Shown in pieces: positions 11,002-20,039 of a DNA stretch of 64,000 bases. The notes under the pieces are model-generated. The model was not told where the DNA came from. It saw only the letters and a list, made by a program, of their open reading frames with translations, and ran no database searches. This DNA comes from Flavobacteriales bacterium (lineage in GTDB: Bacteria > Bacteroidota > Bacteroidia > NS11-12g > UBA955): NCBI GenBank assembly GCA_002737705.1, contig NSIM01000008.1, positions 606 through 64,605 on the forward strand. Reading direction: 5' to 3'. Each line of letters starts with the position of its first letter. Within the stretch, counting starts at the first letter, position 1. The translations under genes were made by a program, and so were the position numbers.

Positions 11002-11676
11002 ATGAGATATCGCATATTTGTGTGCTGTTTTATACTACTAGGATTCAAAACATCTGTTTTACAAGCCCAGGTGGAAAAATACAATTCTAACTATGTTCTT
11101 TTTACGGGATTGGTTCTTACATCTGATAGCCTAAAGCCCATCCAATATGTAAGTATTCGAACCCAATCAAGGTCCTTGATTGGCTATACCGATTATTTGG
11201 GTCATTTTGACGTAGTGGTAAAAAAGGGAGACACCATTTTTTTTTCCCAAATAGAACAATCACCATCTTGGCATATCGTTCCGGATACACTTAAAGGTAA
11301 CCGCTACAGTGTGATAAAGTTGATGGTTCAAGACACCCTGGAAATTCCCGCCATCTATATACGGGCATTGCCCTTAAAATCATTGTTTAACTATGAATTT
11401 GTAAACGATGATATTCCAGACGACCTGTATGAAAGAGCGCGCAAAAATCTAGCAAATGAAGCGCTAAAAGAAGAGCTGAGAATGCAGGCCCCCGACGCAC
11501 ACAGCAGTCAATTACTGCTCGAACAAACCCGTGCAAATCAATTGTATTACTTTAAACAGGCACCACCACAAGGGTATTTTAATCCAGCGGCATGGATGCA
11601 ATTTATTGAAGCTTGGAAACGGGGAGATTTTAAAAAGAAAGCACAGAAAAAAAGCACCTATATTTCGCCCTATTGA
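11002..11676 (+). CDS. Exported protein with a carboxypeptidase-regulatory-like domain
   Basis: Signal peptide; FTGLVLTSDSLKPIQYVSI...TDYLGHF...GDTIFFS pattern. Confidence 0.75.
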   Translation: MRYRIFVCCFILLGFKTSVLQAQVEKYNSNYVLFTGLVLTSDSLKPIQYVSIRTQSRSLIGYTDYLGHFDVVVKKGDTIFFSQIEQSPSWHIVPDTLKGNRYSVIKLMVQDTLEIPAIYIRALPLKSLFNYEFVNDDIPDDLYERARKNLANEALKEELRMQAPDAHSSQLLLEQTRANQLYYFKQAPPQGYFNPAAWMQFIEAWKRGDFKKKAQKKSTYISPY

Positions 11677-11684
11677 TGCATAAA

Positions 11685-12650
11685 TTATAGTCCATGCCCT
11701 TGCCCATCCATGATATCAAAAACATGCAATACCGATGGAAACAGTGCATCAAATGATTCTTTAACCCCTTTACTAGAGCCAGGGAATGTGATCACTAGGG
11801 TTCGATCAATGCAACCAGCTATACCCCTCGACAACATGGCATAAGGCATGCGCTGCTGACCATAGTTCCGGGCAATTTCCATAATGCCATCAATTTCTCG
11901 GGTTAGCAGGGGACGAATGCTTTCTGGGGTTAGATCGCGGGAAGAGAGTCCGGTGCCCCCAACAAAAATCACCAAATCTTTGGGCCCGTTTTGATCCCCA
12001 ATCTTTTCCGGATCGGTGCCCAATGGTCTGGCTAAATCCGTACCACTGAGTTTTTTGGCTACATCTGTAATGGCTTTGGCATCATCCGGAATACAAATTG
12101 GATAGTCAATAACAATGCCCAAATCCAATAACTGTGTCACAAGCCATTTCCCAGCTTTATCCTTCGCCAGGCCTTGGGAAATAGAATCTGAACACACTAC
12201 TACTGAAGCCGTAATCTGTCTATTGCTGCGTTGAAAATCTGATTTTCCTCCCTTTTTGGATACCAAATAAATGGTAGAAATCAATACCCCTTTGTCGATA
12301 GGCTTTAGCATGTCGTATATCGTTAATGCAACCACCGAAGCTCCGTGCATGGCTTCAACCTCGACTCCAGTCTTGTAAATCGTATGCACTTCAACATAAA
12401 TATGTATCTCCAACCCGATTATTTCATAATTTACATGGGCATATTCAATCGGTAAGGGATGACAATCGGGAATAATATCGGCTGTTTTTTTAATCCCCAA
12501 CAAGCCTGCCGCACGTCCAAATTCAAAAATATCGCCTTTCGGTACCTTTCGGTCTTGGATTGCGCGAATGGTGTCGATAGAAGAAACACAAAGAATGGCT
12601 TTGGCGACTGCCTGGCGAAGGGTATGCGTCTTATGAGTGATATTGATCAT
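11685..12650 (-). CDS. moaC: Bifunctional MoaC / MogA-MoaB molybdenum cofactor biosynthesis protein
   Basis: MoaC motifs IPDCHP, TGVEVEA and IYDMLK; MogA/MoaB motifs GGTGLSSRDLTPE, SRGIAG and PGS. Confidence 0.93.
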   Translation of the reverse strand: MINITHKTHTLRQAVAKAILCVSSIDTIRAIQDRKVPKGDIFEFGRAAGLLGIKKTADIIPDCHPLPIEYAHVNYEIIGLEIHIYVEVHTIYKTGVEVEAMHGASVVALTIYDMLKPIDKGVLISTIYLVSKKGGKSDFQRSNRQITASVVVCSDSISQGLAKDKAGKWLVTQLLDLGIVIDYPICIPDDAKAITDVAKKLSGTDLARPLGTDPEKIGDQNGPKDLVIFVGGTGLSSRDLTPESIRPLLTREIDGIMEIARNYGQQRMPYAMLSRGIAGCIDRTLVITFPGSSKGVKESFDALFPSVLHVFDIMDGQGHGL

Positions 12651-12656
12651 GATTTC

Positions 12657-13094
12657 TTATTTTTTCCATTGATATTTATCATTTGTAAAAATCTCTTTCC
12701 CCCAAATAGGAAGGGATGATTTAATTTGATTTACAATCTCTTCGTTTGCCATCATAGCATCCTTGCGGTGAACAGACGAGCTAAAAACAAACAAACAAAT
12801 TTCACCCGCTGCCACAATTCCCAAGCTGTGGTATACATGCAAACAGACCAGCGGATATTTTGAAAAAATGGCTTCGCGTATTTGATGCATTTTCTCCAAT
12901 GCCATTTCTTCATAGGCAGTATATTCTATTGCCCCTACTGTTTGGCCTTCCACTTCATCTGCCCGAACTTGACCCAAAAAAATACTGTGTCCACCAATCT
13001 GGGTTTTGCGTTGGTGCGCTGCAATATCTTCGCCAATTTGGGAAGGCGAAATTGCCCCTTGAATAAATATATTATTGGGTTTTCTGTCGGTCAT
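12657..13094 (-). CDS. moaE: Molybdopterin synthase catalytic subunit
   Basis: FLGQVR, EYTAY, HSLG, SVHRKDA and LPIWGKE. Confidence 0.93.
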   Translation of the reverse strand: MTDRKPNNIFIQGAISPSQIGEDIAAHQRKTQIGGHSIFLGQVRADEVEGQTVGAIEYTAYEEMALEKMHQIREAIFSKYPLVCLHVYHSLGIVAAGEICLFVFSSSVHRKDAMMANEEIVNQIKSSLPIWGKEIFTNDKYQWKK

Positions 13095-13126
13095 TTGATT
13101 CTAGAAAATTACAACTTTACAATGAA

Positions 13127-13870
13127 TTATTGGGATAGTTTAACGGTAAACAAAGTTTGTTTGAGTGCATTATATGTAAGCAGTTGATTGCAAAGCAAAT
13201 TGCCAGCACCTGTAAAATACTTAAGCGCCTCAGTGGCCTGCAATGAGCCGACTACACCAACTACAGATCCCAAAACACCGGTCTCAGCACAAGCAAGAAC
13301 CTCCCCTTCTTTGGGCATTTCTGGAAAAACATCGCGGTAATTCAGCGAGTATGCTTTGCCATCTTCGCGAATGTTGACATTGAATACCGCCACTTGACCT
13401 TCAAAACGCGAAACAGAACCATACACCCAAGATTTGTTTAGCTGCGCACAAACATCGTTGATCAAATACCGGGTTTTAAAATTGTCTGTACAATCTATAA
13501 CCAAATCAAAAAGTCCCACAATATCTAAAGAATTTTCTGGTGTCAAAGCCGTACCAAAGACCAATACCTCAAGGCTGGGGTTTAATGATTGTAGTTGCTG
13601 CAAGGCTATTTGAACTTTCGATTTCCCCACATCATCATTTCGATACAGGGTTTGTCTTTGCAAATTCCCCAATGATACTGTATCACCATCTACCAATCCA
13701 ATACAACCCACGCCAGCCATCACCAAATACTGGGAAACTGGGCAACCCAAACCCCCAAGCCCAACAACCAAAATACGGGCATCCCGCAACTTTTGCTGAC
13801 CCTGTAATCCTATCTCTGACAACTGAATTTGCCTTTGATACCGATCTAAAAAATCAGGTTCCATTTTCAT
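13127..13870 (-). CDS. moeB: Molybdopterin synthase adenylyltransferase (MoeB/ThiF family)
   Basis: RYQRQI, GLGGLG, NLQRQ, DCTDN and CAETGVLG. ATG at 13870 (or 13864) follows moaD. Confidence 0.88.
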   Translation of the reverse strand: MKMEPDFLDRYQRQIQLSEIGLQGQQKLRDARILVVGLGGLGCPVSQYLVMAGVGCIGLVDGDTVSLGNLQRQTLYRNDDVGKSKVQIALQQLQSLNPSLEVLVFGTALTPENSLDIVGLFDLVIDCTDNFKTRYLINDVCAQLNKSWVYGSVSRFEGQVAVFNVNIREDGKAYSLNYRDVFPEMPKEGEVLACAETGVLGSVVGVVGSLQATEALKYFTGAGNLLCNQLLTYNALKQTLFTVKLSQ

Positions 13871-13883
13871 GTATTTTATTTCA

Positions 13884-14120
13884 TTATCCGCCAGAAAATG
13901 GAGGCAATAAAGCCACTGTATCACCTGGGTTTAAGATTCTTTTACCGAGAACAAGTTCTTGGTTTACAGCCAATAAAAATGTTTTGTCTCGCAAGCCAGG
14001 GAACCTTTCATTCATGGCTGTTCGAAACAAATCTGTATCCTGAACATACGAAAGATGAATTCTATCCCCTCCTATACTATCGGTGAGCTGACCAAAAACC
14101 AAAACTTCCAATACTGCCAT
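13884..14120 (-). CDS. moaD: Molybdopterin synthase sulfur carrier
   Basis: 78 aa with C-terminal GDTVALLPPFSGG. Confidence 0.93.
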   Translation of the reverse strand: MAVLEVLVFGQLTDSIGGDRIHLSYVQDTDLFRTAMNERFPGLRDKTFLLAVNQELVLGKRILNPGDTVALLPPFSGG

Positions 14121-14121
14121 T

Positions 14122-14991
14122 TTAGGTCAAAATTAACTTAATCGCAGCAATCAACAATACCAAACCCAAAATCGAACGGATACGAAGCTCTTCAAAGCGT
14201 CGTGCGCCAAAAAAAGATCCAGCCCAGCCACCCAAAAAAACTCCAATACCAAAAATAGAAACCCAATTCAACGCCACTTGGAATACCTCCATTCTTCCCG
14301 AATTACCCATAGCATTGACCCATTGACCCGCCAAACCTGCCAAAGAATTAACCAAAATAAAACCTGCACCCAAGGCTGCAGTTTGCTTTTGATTAGTCCA
14401 TCCAAAAAACAACAGAAGTGGCGACAACAAAACCCCACCACCGATAGCCAATACTCCAGATACAAAACCAATCACCAAACCCATACTTCCAATCTTCCAA
14501 TGCGAATAACGCCACCCACCACGAAAAATACCCTTGAAAAAAAGAAGCGGTGGTTTATTGGTTAAAACGTGCATTGCTCCACGGTATTTTTCGACCATTC
14601 GATGGAACTGTTTTCCCGGCATGGGAATAGATGGGATTTTATGAACGGGATTTTTTGCCAAGAAACCGATGCTTGGTATCAATAAGAGTATGCCCAAAAT
14701 CTTTTTATATGTCCCGGGATCCAACTGAATTGTCCCACCCAAATATGCCATCGGAATGGATGTCGCTACCAAAGGCCAAAACATCGAAGCACGGAAAAAC
14801 CCTGCCCGATAAAATTGAGTACATGCCACACCACTAACCAGAATGTTCAACATTAAGGCTGCTGGCTTTACGATCTTTATATCCAAATCTGTCAATGCCA
14901 TAATAGCCAAATACGCACTTGCCCCTCCATGCCCTACTGCAGCATACAAAAAAGCCACAAACACCATGAGAAATCCGACAACAACTCCCAT
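14122..14991 (-). CDS. TauE/SafE (TSUP) family permease
   Basis: YAAVGHGGASAY and SGVLAIGGGVLLSP half-repeats; multi-TM. Confidence 0.9.
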   Translation of the reverse strand: MGVVVGFLMVFVAFLYAAVGHGGASAYLAIMALTDLDIKIVKPAALMLNILVSGVACTQFYRAGFFRASMFWPLVATSIPMAYLGGTIQLDPGTYKKILGILLLIPSIGFLAKNPVHKIPSIPMPGKQFHRMVEKYRGAMHVLTNKPPLLFFKGIFRGGWRYSHWKIGSMGLVIGFVSGVLAIGGGVLLSPLLLFFGWTNQKQTAALGAGFILVNSLAGLAGQWVNAMGNSGRMEVFQVALNWVSIFGIGVFLGGWAGSFFGARRFEELRIRSILGLVLLIAAIKLILT

Positions 14992-14993
14992 TC

Positions 14994-16202
14994 TTAAGGG
15001 TGTAATACATGAATTTCTACCAAATCGCCTGTTTCAACCCATTCGGTGTCCGATGGAATAACAACCAAACAATTGGCTACCGAGAAAGAACCCAAGCGAA
15101 ACGATTCTTGCCCTCCCAACAAACGAACCCCCTGCCCATCAAATTTCCCCTTTAAAAAATGGGTAAACGGTCCCGTTTTTTTATACGTGCCCGTTAACGG
15201 CAAATGTTTGCTTTCCAATTCAATTTGTCGGCCTGTTAAACCCTGCAAAGCCAAAAGGACATACTCGTAAAAACAGGTAAGAACCGAAGCGGGATTCCCG
15301 GGCAAACCAAATACCAAACAATTTTTTTGGGTAGTGCCAAAAAAGATGGGTTTGCCAGGTTTTTGCTTAATCGTATGAAATACGGTTGAAACACCGACAC
15401 TATTGGCCGCCCTAATTACAAAATCATAGTCTCCAACACTTACACCACCGGTTAACAATACCAAATCATTTTCGTCAATAGCAGTTTCCATTACCTGGCT
15501 TAAGATGGCCAAATCATCTTTGGCATAATACATTTTCACTTTCGAAAACCGTGCTTGCAATAAAGCCGCCTGCAAGAGCAGTGTATTTGATTCATATACT
15601 TGCCCATACATTAATGGTTTTCCAGCTTGTGTAAGTTCATCACCTGTTATAATTAATCCAATGTTGGGATTGGCCACCACCAACACGGTTGTCAATCCAA
15701 GACTTGCCAAAAAACCAATTCCTGCGGCTGTCATACACACCGATTTAGCCAACGCCAAATCTCCTGATACAATCTCGGATCCCACCAAACGAACATTTCG
15801 ACCCGCGACCAAGCTTGAATCCTCTACAAATAAAAACCCATTTTCAATACGCGCTTTTTCTTGCATGAGAACCGTGTCTAATCCTTCAGGAACTGGCGCT
15901 CCAGTAAAAATACGTACCGCTATGTATGGGGAGTATTGCTGAAAAATATTGGCGGCCCCAGCGGCCACCTCTCCTACCAATTCCAATTTGCCAGCTTCAC
16001 AATAAGAATCGAAATTGAAGGCATATCCATCCATCGACGATTGGGCAAATCCTGGGATAGAAATTGGTGCGAATACATCTTCAGCCAATATCCTTCCCAA
16101 TGATTCTATCAAAGAAACTCGCTCGTTTGCCAACAAAACAGATCGCTCAGCAATCCAGATTTTTGCTTGAGAAACTGAAATCAACTTCCTTGTTTCCGTC
16201 AT
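14994..16202 (-). CDS. moeA: Molybdopterin molybdotransferase
   Basis: SSMDGYA, IFTGAPVP, TGDEL, ESN, GGVSVGDYD, KPGKP and LPGNP. Confidence 0.95.
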   Translation of the reverse strand: MTETRKLISVSQAKIWIAERSVLLANERVSLIESLGRILAEDVFAPISIPGFAQSSMDGYAFNFDSYCEAGKLELVGEVAAGAANIFQQYSPYIAVRIFTGAPVPEGLDTVLMQEKARIENGFLFVEDSSLVAGRNVRLVGSEIVSGDLALAKSVCMTAAGIGFLASLGLTTVLVVANPNIGLIITGDELTQAGKPLMYGQVYESNTLLLQAALLQARFSKVKMYYAKDDLAILSQVMETAIDENDLVLLTGGVSVGDYDFVIRAANSVGVSTVFHTIKQKPGKPIFFGTTQKNCLVFGLPGNPASVLTCFYEYVLLALQGLTGRQIELESKHLPLTGTYKKTGPFTHFLKGKFDGQGVRLLGGQESFRLGSFSVANCLVVIPSDTEWVETGDLVEIHVLHP

Positions 16203-16244
16203 TTTTTTTATTGCGCTATACGGGTCTTTTTATAGGTAAAACCC

Positions 16245-17225
16245 CTATCCTCCAATCGAAATCATACTGCGATTTACCAATTGATTGGCATCCATAAGGA
16301 TTAAATCTGGGGCAAATTGACCACCCAAAGCCTCCGCCTTATCGACCACTGTTTGCGAGATTAAGGGTCGGATGTCTTCGCCCCTTCGGTAGGCACCCAA
16401 TAAATCCGATTCTCCTTTCGAAAATAAACAATTTTTCATTTTCCCATCTGCTGTTAAACGCAAACGATTGCAATCGGAACAAAAGGGAGAACTCATTGTA
16501 CTGATTACCGCAAAGGTTCCCATAAAACCTTGAACCCGATATTTTTTGACAGTCTCGTGGGGAAATCGTGCCAAAGGCTCAATTGTGTAATGTGAACTGA
16601 CCAATGCCAAGATTTCCTGCCAGGTAACAAGTTTTTCTCTTTTCCAATGATTGCCTTCGAATGGCATGAACTCAATAAAACGAACATGAATCGGGTTTAA
16701 CGATGTCCAGCGAACAAAATCTACTATCTCTTTATCATTCACTCCACGCATCACGACAACATTTATCTTTACCTTAAATCCCCGATTCAAGAGCAATTCA
16801 ATATTTCCGTATACCTGATCAAACAAATCGCGTTTGGTTAATATAGAAAATGTATCCCTAATCAGGGTATCCAAACTCACATTAATCGACTTCACTCCGA
16901 GTTCTTCCAATAGATCTATGAATTCATGAATACGCGAAGCATTGGTTGTCAAAGTTAAAAAAACGGGCAGTGCCGAGAGTCTCCTAATAATTTCACCGGC
17001 ATCTTTACGCACCAAAGGCTCACCGCCAGTGAGACGAATTTTATCGACCCCAGCAGCAACAAAAACTTTGGCGATAGCTTCAATTTCATCGACCTGCATC
17101 AGCCGACTTGCCGGTGTAAAATCATAGTCCTCCTCGGGCATACAATAATTGCAACGGAGATTGCAATTGTCGGTAAGTGAAATACGCAAATAATTGTGCT
17201 TGCGATTGAATTTGTCTACCAACAT
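16245..17225 (-). CDS. moaA: GTP 3',8-cyclase (radical SAM)
   Basis: YLRISLTDNCNLRCNYC, FCSDCNRLR...C and C-terminal SIGG. Confidence 0.96.
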   Translation of the reverse strand: MLVDKFNRKHNYLRISLTDNCNLRCNYCMPEEDYDFTPASRLMQVDEIEAIAKVFVAAGVDKIRLTGGEPLVRKDAGEIIRRLSALPVFLTLTTNASRIHEFIDLLEELGVKSINVSLDTLIRDTFSILTKRDLFDQVYGNIELLLNRGFKVKINVVVMRGVNDKEIVDFVRWTSLNPIHVRFIEFMPFEGNHWKREKLVTWQEILALVSSHYTIEPLARFPHETVKKYRVQGFMGTFAVISTMSSPFCSDCNRLRLTADGKMKNCLFSKGESDLLGAYRRGEDIRPLISQTVVDKAEALGGQFAPDLILMDANQLVNRSMISIGG

Positions 17226-17328
17226 AACTTGAATTTATGAATATCCAAAAAGAGAAATTATTGTCTGCGAAAATACTCCACAAGAATCCAAATATTCTAT
17301 AATTTATTTTGGCAATACACAAAGTCTT

Positions 17329-17354
17329 GTGGTTCCGCTATGAATCGAACATGA
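17329..17354 (-). pseudogene. Degenerate tRNA 3'-end fragment (T-arm + acceptor strand), Phe-like
   Basis: Minus strand reads TCATG-TTCGATT-CATAG-CGGAACC-AC. No D or anticodon arm upstream. Confidence 0.4.
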
Positions 17355-17439
17355 CCCATTATGTCTTTGTATATATTACATTTACAGATTACTATATCCA
17401 AGTTGTACCAATATTGTACCGAATAATTGTCTGGTTTTA

Positions 17440-17461
17440 GCACCCGTATGGGAATCGAGCC
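17440..17461 (-). pseudogene. Degenerate tRNA 3'-end fragment, Glu-like
   Basis: Minus strand reads GG-CTCGATT-CCCAT-ACGGGTG-C, resembling the GGTTCGATTCCC.TACGGG end of Bacteroidota tRNA-Glu as recalled. Confidence 0.35.
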
Positions 17462-17464
17462 TTT

Positions 17465-17472
17465 CAAAGTTA
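17465..17472 (-). promoter_or_regulatory. -7 box (TAACTTTG), possible promoter of the moa operon leader
   Basis: Exact TAnnTTTG on the minus strand about 240 nt upstream of moaA. Confidence 0.4.
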
Positions 17473-17493
17473 CGGAAACCCAATGGCAACAAA

Positions 17494-18054
17494 TTATTGC
17501 TGCGTCTTATCGCTGCGGCTTATCGCTGAATCAGATGCTAATTGACTGTTCTTGTTGCGATTGATACAATAATTCATTTGTTCCTCTGGCGATTTAATGC
17601 CTAAATTGAGCATTTCGATCATCACAATCGCCTGTTTCCCTATTTCTTTATCCGAAAATTCACTGGCCAACCGTTTGTAATAAATTAAGGCATTCGCATA
17701 GCCCCCCCCCTGCTCAAAATTGTGCGCCGCAACCAACATCATTTCCATGAGAAGCTTTCCGGTGGGCTTATATTGTTGCAAATAAAATTCTGAATACTCA
17801 GCTGTTTTGAGGGAAAAACCTTGCCTTTCGGCCAATTTTGTTGATACATATACAAAGTCGGAACTGTGTTTATATTTTGGGTAATCTTTGGCAAAAGACA
17901 TCAGTATATTGCATGCCGAATCGGGAATTTTTTCAAACTGGATATGGGGAATAATGAGTGTTTCGTATGCCTCAACTTTTTGATATGCTGTATCAAAATC
18001 AGACCGGCAGGAAACAATTAAGCAAAGAATCCAAAACAATTGGGTTGTTTTCAT
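17494..18054 (-). CDS. TPR-like lipoprotein
   Basis: The ATG at 18054 gives MKTTQLFWILCLIVSC (lipobox); helical repeats such as FAKDYPKYKHS and ALIYYKRLASEF. The longer track start overlaps parE and is rejected. Confidence 0.75.
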   Translation of the reverse strand: MKTTQLFWILCLIVSCRSDFDTAYQKVEAYETLIIPHIQFEKIPDSACNILMSFAKDYPKYKHSSDFVYVSTKLAERQGFSLKTAEYSEFYLQQYKPTGKLLMEMMLVAAHNFEQGGGYANALIYYKRLASEFSDKEIGKQAIVMIEMLNLGIKSPEEQMNYCINRNKNSQLASDSAISRSDKTQQ

Positions 18055-18126
18055 GGTGCGAAAATAAGCTTCGGATGTTAAAAACTCGGCGATGCCCATT
18101 GAAATACAAATATTAATATTGCAAAG

Positions 18127-20028
18127 ATGAGTGATGTGGCAAGGTATACCGAAGACGAAATCAAAAGTCTTGATTGGAAAGAGCATATCCGATTGCGTCC
18201 AGGGATGTATATCGGAAAGTTGGGTGATGGCACTGCCGCAGATGATGGCATTTATGTTTTGGTAAAAGAAATCATCGACAACAGTATTGACGAACATGTC
18301 ATGGGATTTGGCAAAAGGATAGATATACAAATCGATGATACCCGGGTTTGTGTGCGCGATTTTGGCAGGGGCATTCCTTTGGGGAAAGTCATTGATTGTG
18401 TTTCAAAAATTAATACGGGCGGAAAATACGATTCCAAAGCGTTTCAGAAATCGGTGGGATTAAACGGTGTGGGTACAAAAACCGTAAACGCATTGAGCAA
18501 CTATTTTTCTGTCGAAAGTTTTCGGGATGGCAAAAGCAAACACGCTGTATTTCAAAAGGGAGAACTGGTTGAGGATTTTCCACTATCAGACTCCCAAGAA
18601 GCAAATGGAACAGAGATGATTTTTGAACCCGATGCAAGCATATTTAAAAATTACCGTTACATCGGTGAGTTTTTACGTGAACAGATAAAAAATTACACCT
18701 ATCTCAATAGCAATCTTACCATTAAATACAATGGCGAAAGCTATGCCTCTCGTTGTGGATTACTCGATTTGCTCGAACATAAAGTAAGTTCAGAAGCTGC
18801 CCTTTACCCTATTATTCATATTAAAAATAATGACATTGAATTGGCATTTACCCATACAGAATCATACGGAGAAGAGTATTATTCGTTTGTAAATGGACAG
18901 TATACAACACAAGGTGGAAGCCACTTGGTGGCATTCCGAGAAGCCATTGTCAAAACCATTCGCGATTTTTATAAAAAGGAGTTTGATGCATCTGACATTC
19001 GCGGATCTATAACGGCTGCGATCAGTCTGCGCATCATGGAACCAGTATTTGAAAGCCAAACCAAAACAAAGTTGGGCAGTGCAGAAATGGGCCCAGATGG
19101 CCCCTCAATCAAAACAGCCTTGATGGACTTTGTGAAAAAGGGTGTGGATGATTACCTGCATAAAAATCCTGTTACTGCCGAAGCACTTCTCAAGAAAATT
19201 CTTCAAAACGAGCGCGAAAGAAAAGACATGGCCGGGGTCCAAAAATTGGCAAAAGAAAGGGCCAAACGGGCCAACCTGCACAACAAAAAATTGCGTGATT
19301 GCAAAACCCACCTTACAGACACCAAAGCAGACAATCGATTTGAAACAACCCTTTTTATAACCGAGGGGGATAGTGCAAGTGGATCGATTACCAAGAGTCG
19401 AAATCCAAATTTACAAGCCGTGTTTAGTTTGCGCGGAAAGCCCCTAAATTGTTATGGGATGAAGAAAAAAATTGTGTACGAAAACGAAGAATTTAATTTG
19501 CTTCAACACGCACTCAATATCGAAGATGGTCTTGAAAATTTGCGCTATAACCGCATCGTTATCGCCACGGATGCCGACGTGGATGGAATGCATATTCGCT
19601 TGTTACTAATGACATTCTTTTTGCAGTTTTTTCATGATTTGGTGCGGAATGGACACCTGTATATTTTACAAACCCCTTTGTTTCGGGTACGCAACAAAAA
19701 AGAAACCATCTATTGTTATTCGGATGAAGCACGAAAAAACGCCATCGCAAAGTTGGGAAACAAACCAGAAATAACTCGATTCAAAGGATTGGGAGAAATC
19801 AGTCCTGATGAATTTGGCGGTTTTATCGGTCCTGATATTCGAATAGAACCTGTAATCCTGAGCCAAGAATCCAATATTGAAAAACTTCTAAATTATTATA
19901 TGGGGAAAAACACCCCAGAACGACAAGAGTTTATCATCGATAATTTGATTGTGGAAAAGGACAATGAAACTCTAGTTGAGAAACCGGATACCGAGGAAGT
20001 GGATACCGAGGAAGTGGAGGCTAGCTAA
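18127..20028 (+). CDS. parE: DNA topoisomerase IV subunit B
   Basis: [43 protein letters not shown] and RFKGLGE, in the Bacteroidota ParE pattern. Confidence 0.93.
   Translation: MSDVARYTEDEIKSLDWKEHIRLRPGMYIGKLGDGTAADDGIYVLVKEIIDNSIDEHVMGFGKRIDIQIDDTRVCVRDFGRGIPLGKVIDCVSKINTGGKYDSKAFQKSVGLNGVGTKTVNALSNYFSVESFRDGKSKHAVFQKGELVEDFPLSDSQEANGTEMIFEPDASIFKNYRYIGEFLREQIKNYTYLNSNLTIKYNGESYASRCGLLDLLEHKVSSEAALYPIIHIKNNDIELAFTHTESYGEEYYSFVNGQYTTQGGSHLVAFREAIVKTIRDFYKKEFDASDIRGSITAAISLRIMEPVFESQTKTKLGSAEMGPDGPSIKTALMDFVKKGVDDYLHKNPVTAEALLKKILQNERERKDMAGVQKLAKERAKRANLHNKKLRDCKTHLTDTKADNRFETTLFITEGDSASGSITKSRNPNLQAVFSLRGKPLNCYGMKKKIVYENEEFNLLQHALNIEDGLENLRYNRIVIATDADVDGMHIRLLLMTFFLQFFHDLVRNGHLYILQTPLFRVRNKKETIYCYSDEARKNAIAKLGNKPEITRFKGLGEISPDEFGGFIGPDIRIEPVILSQESNIEKLLNYYMGKNTPERQEFIIDNLIVEKDNETLVEKPDTEEVDTEEVEAS
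19986..20018 (+). repeat. In-frame 15-bp tandem duplication (GGATACCGAGGAAGT x2) in the parE tail
   Basis: Read directly; encodes [10 protein letters not shown]. Confidence 0.85.
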
Positions 20029-20039
20029 CACAAGCAACC

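Noticed and set aside
17702-17710. G9 tract in the TPR lipoprotein, and T/A runs in aroE, as phase-variation switches
   Set aside because: The frames are intact, single short runs are weak evidence, and there are no read data.
18055-18330. N-terminal extension of the 17494..18330 ORF
   Set aside because: It overlaps parE antisense; a proper lipoprotein signal begins at 18054.
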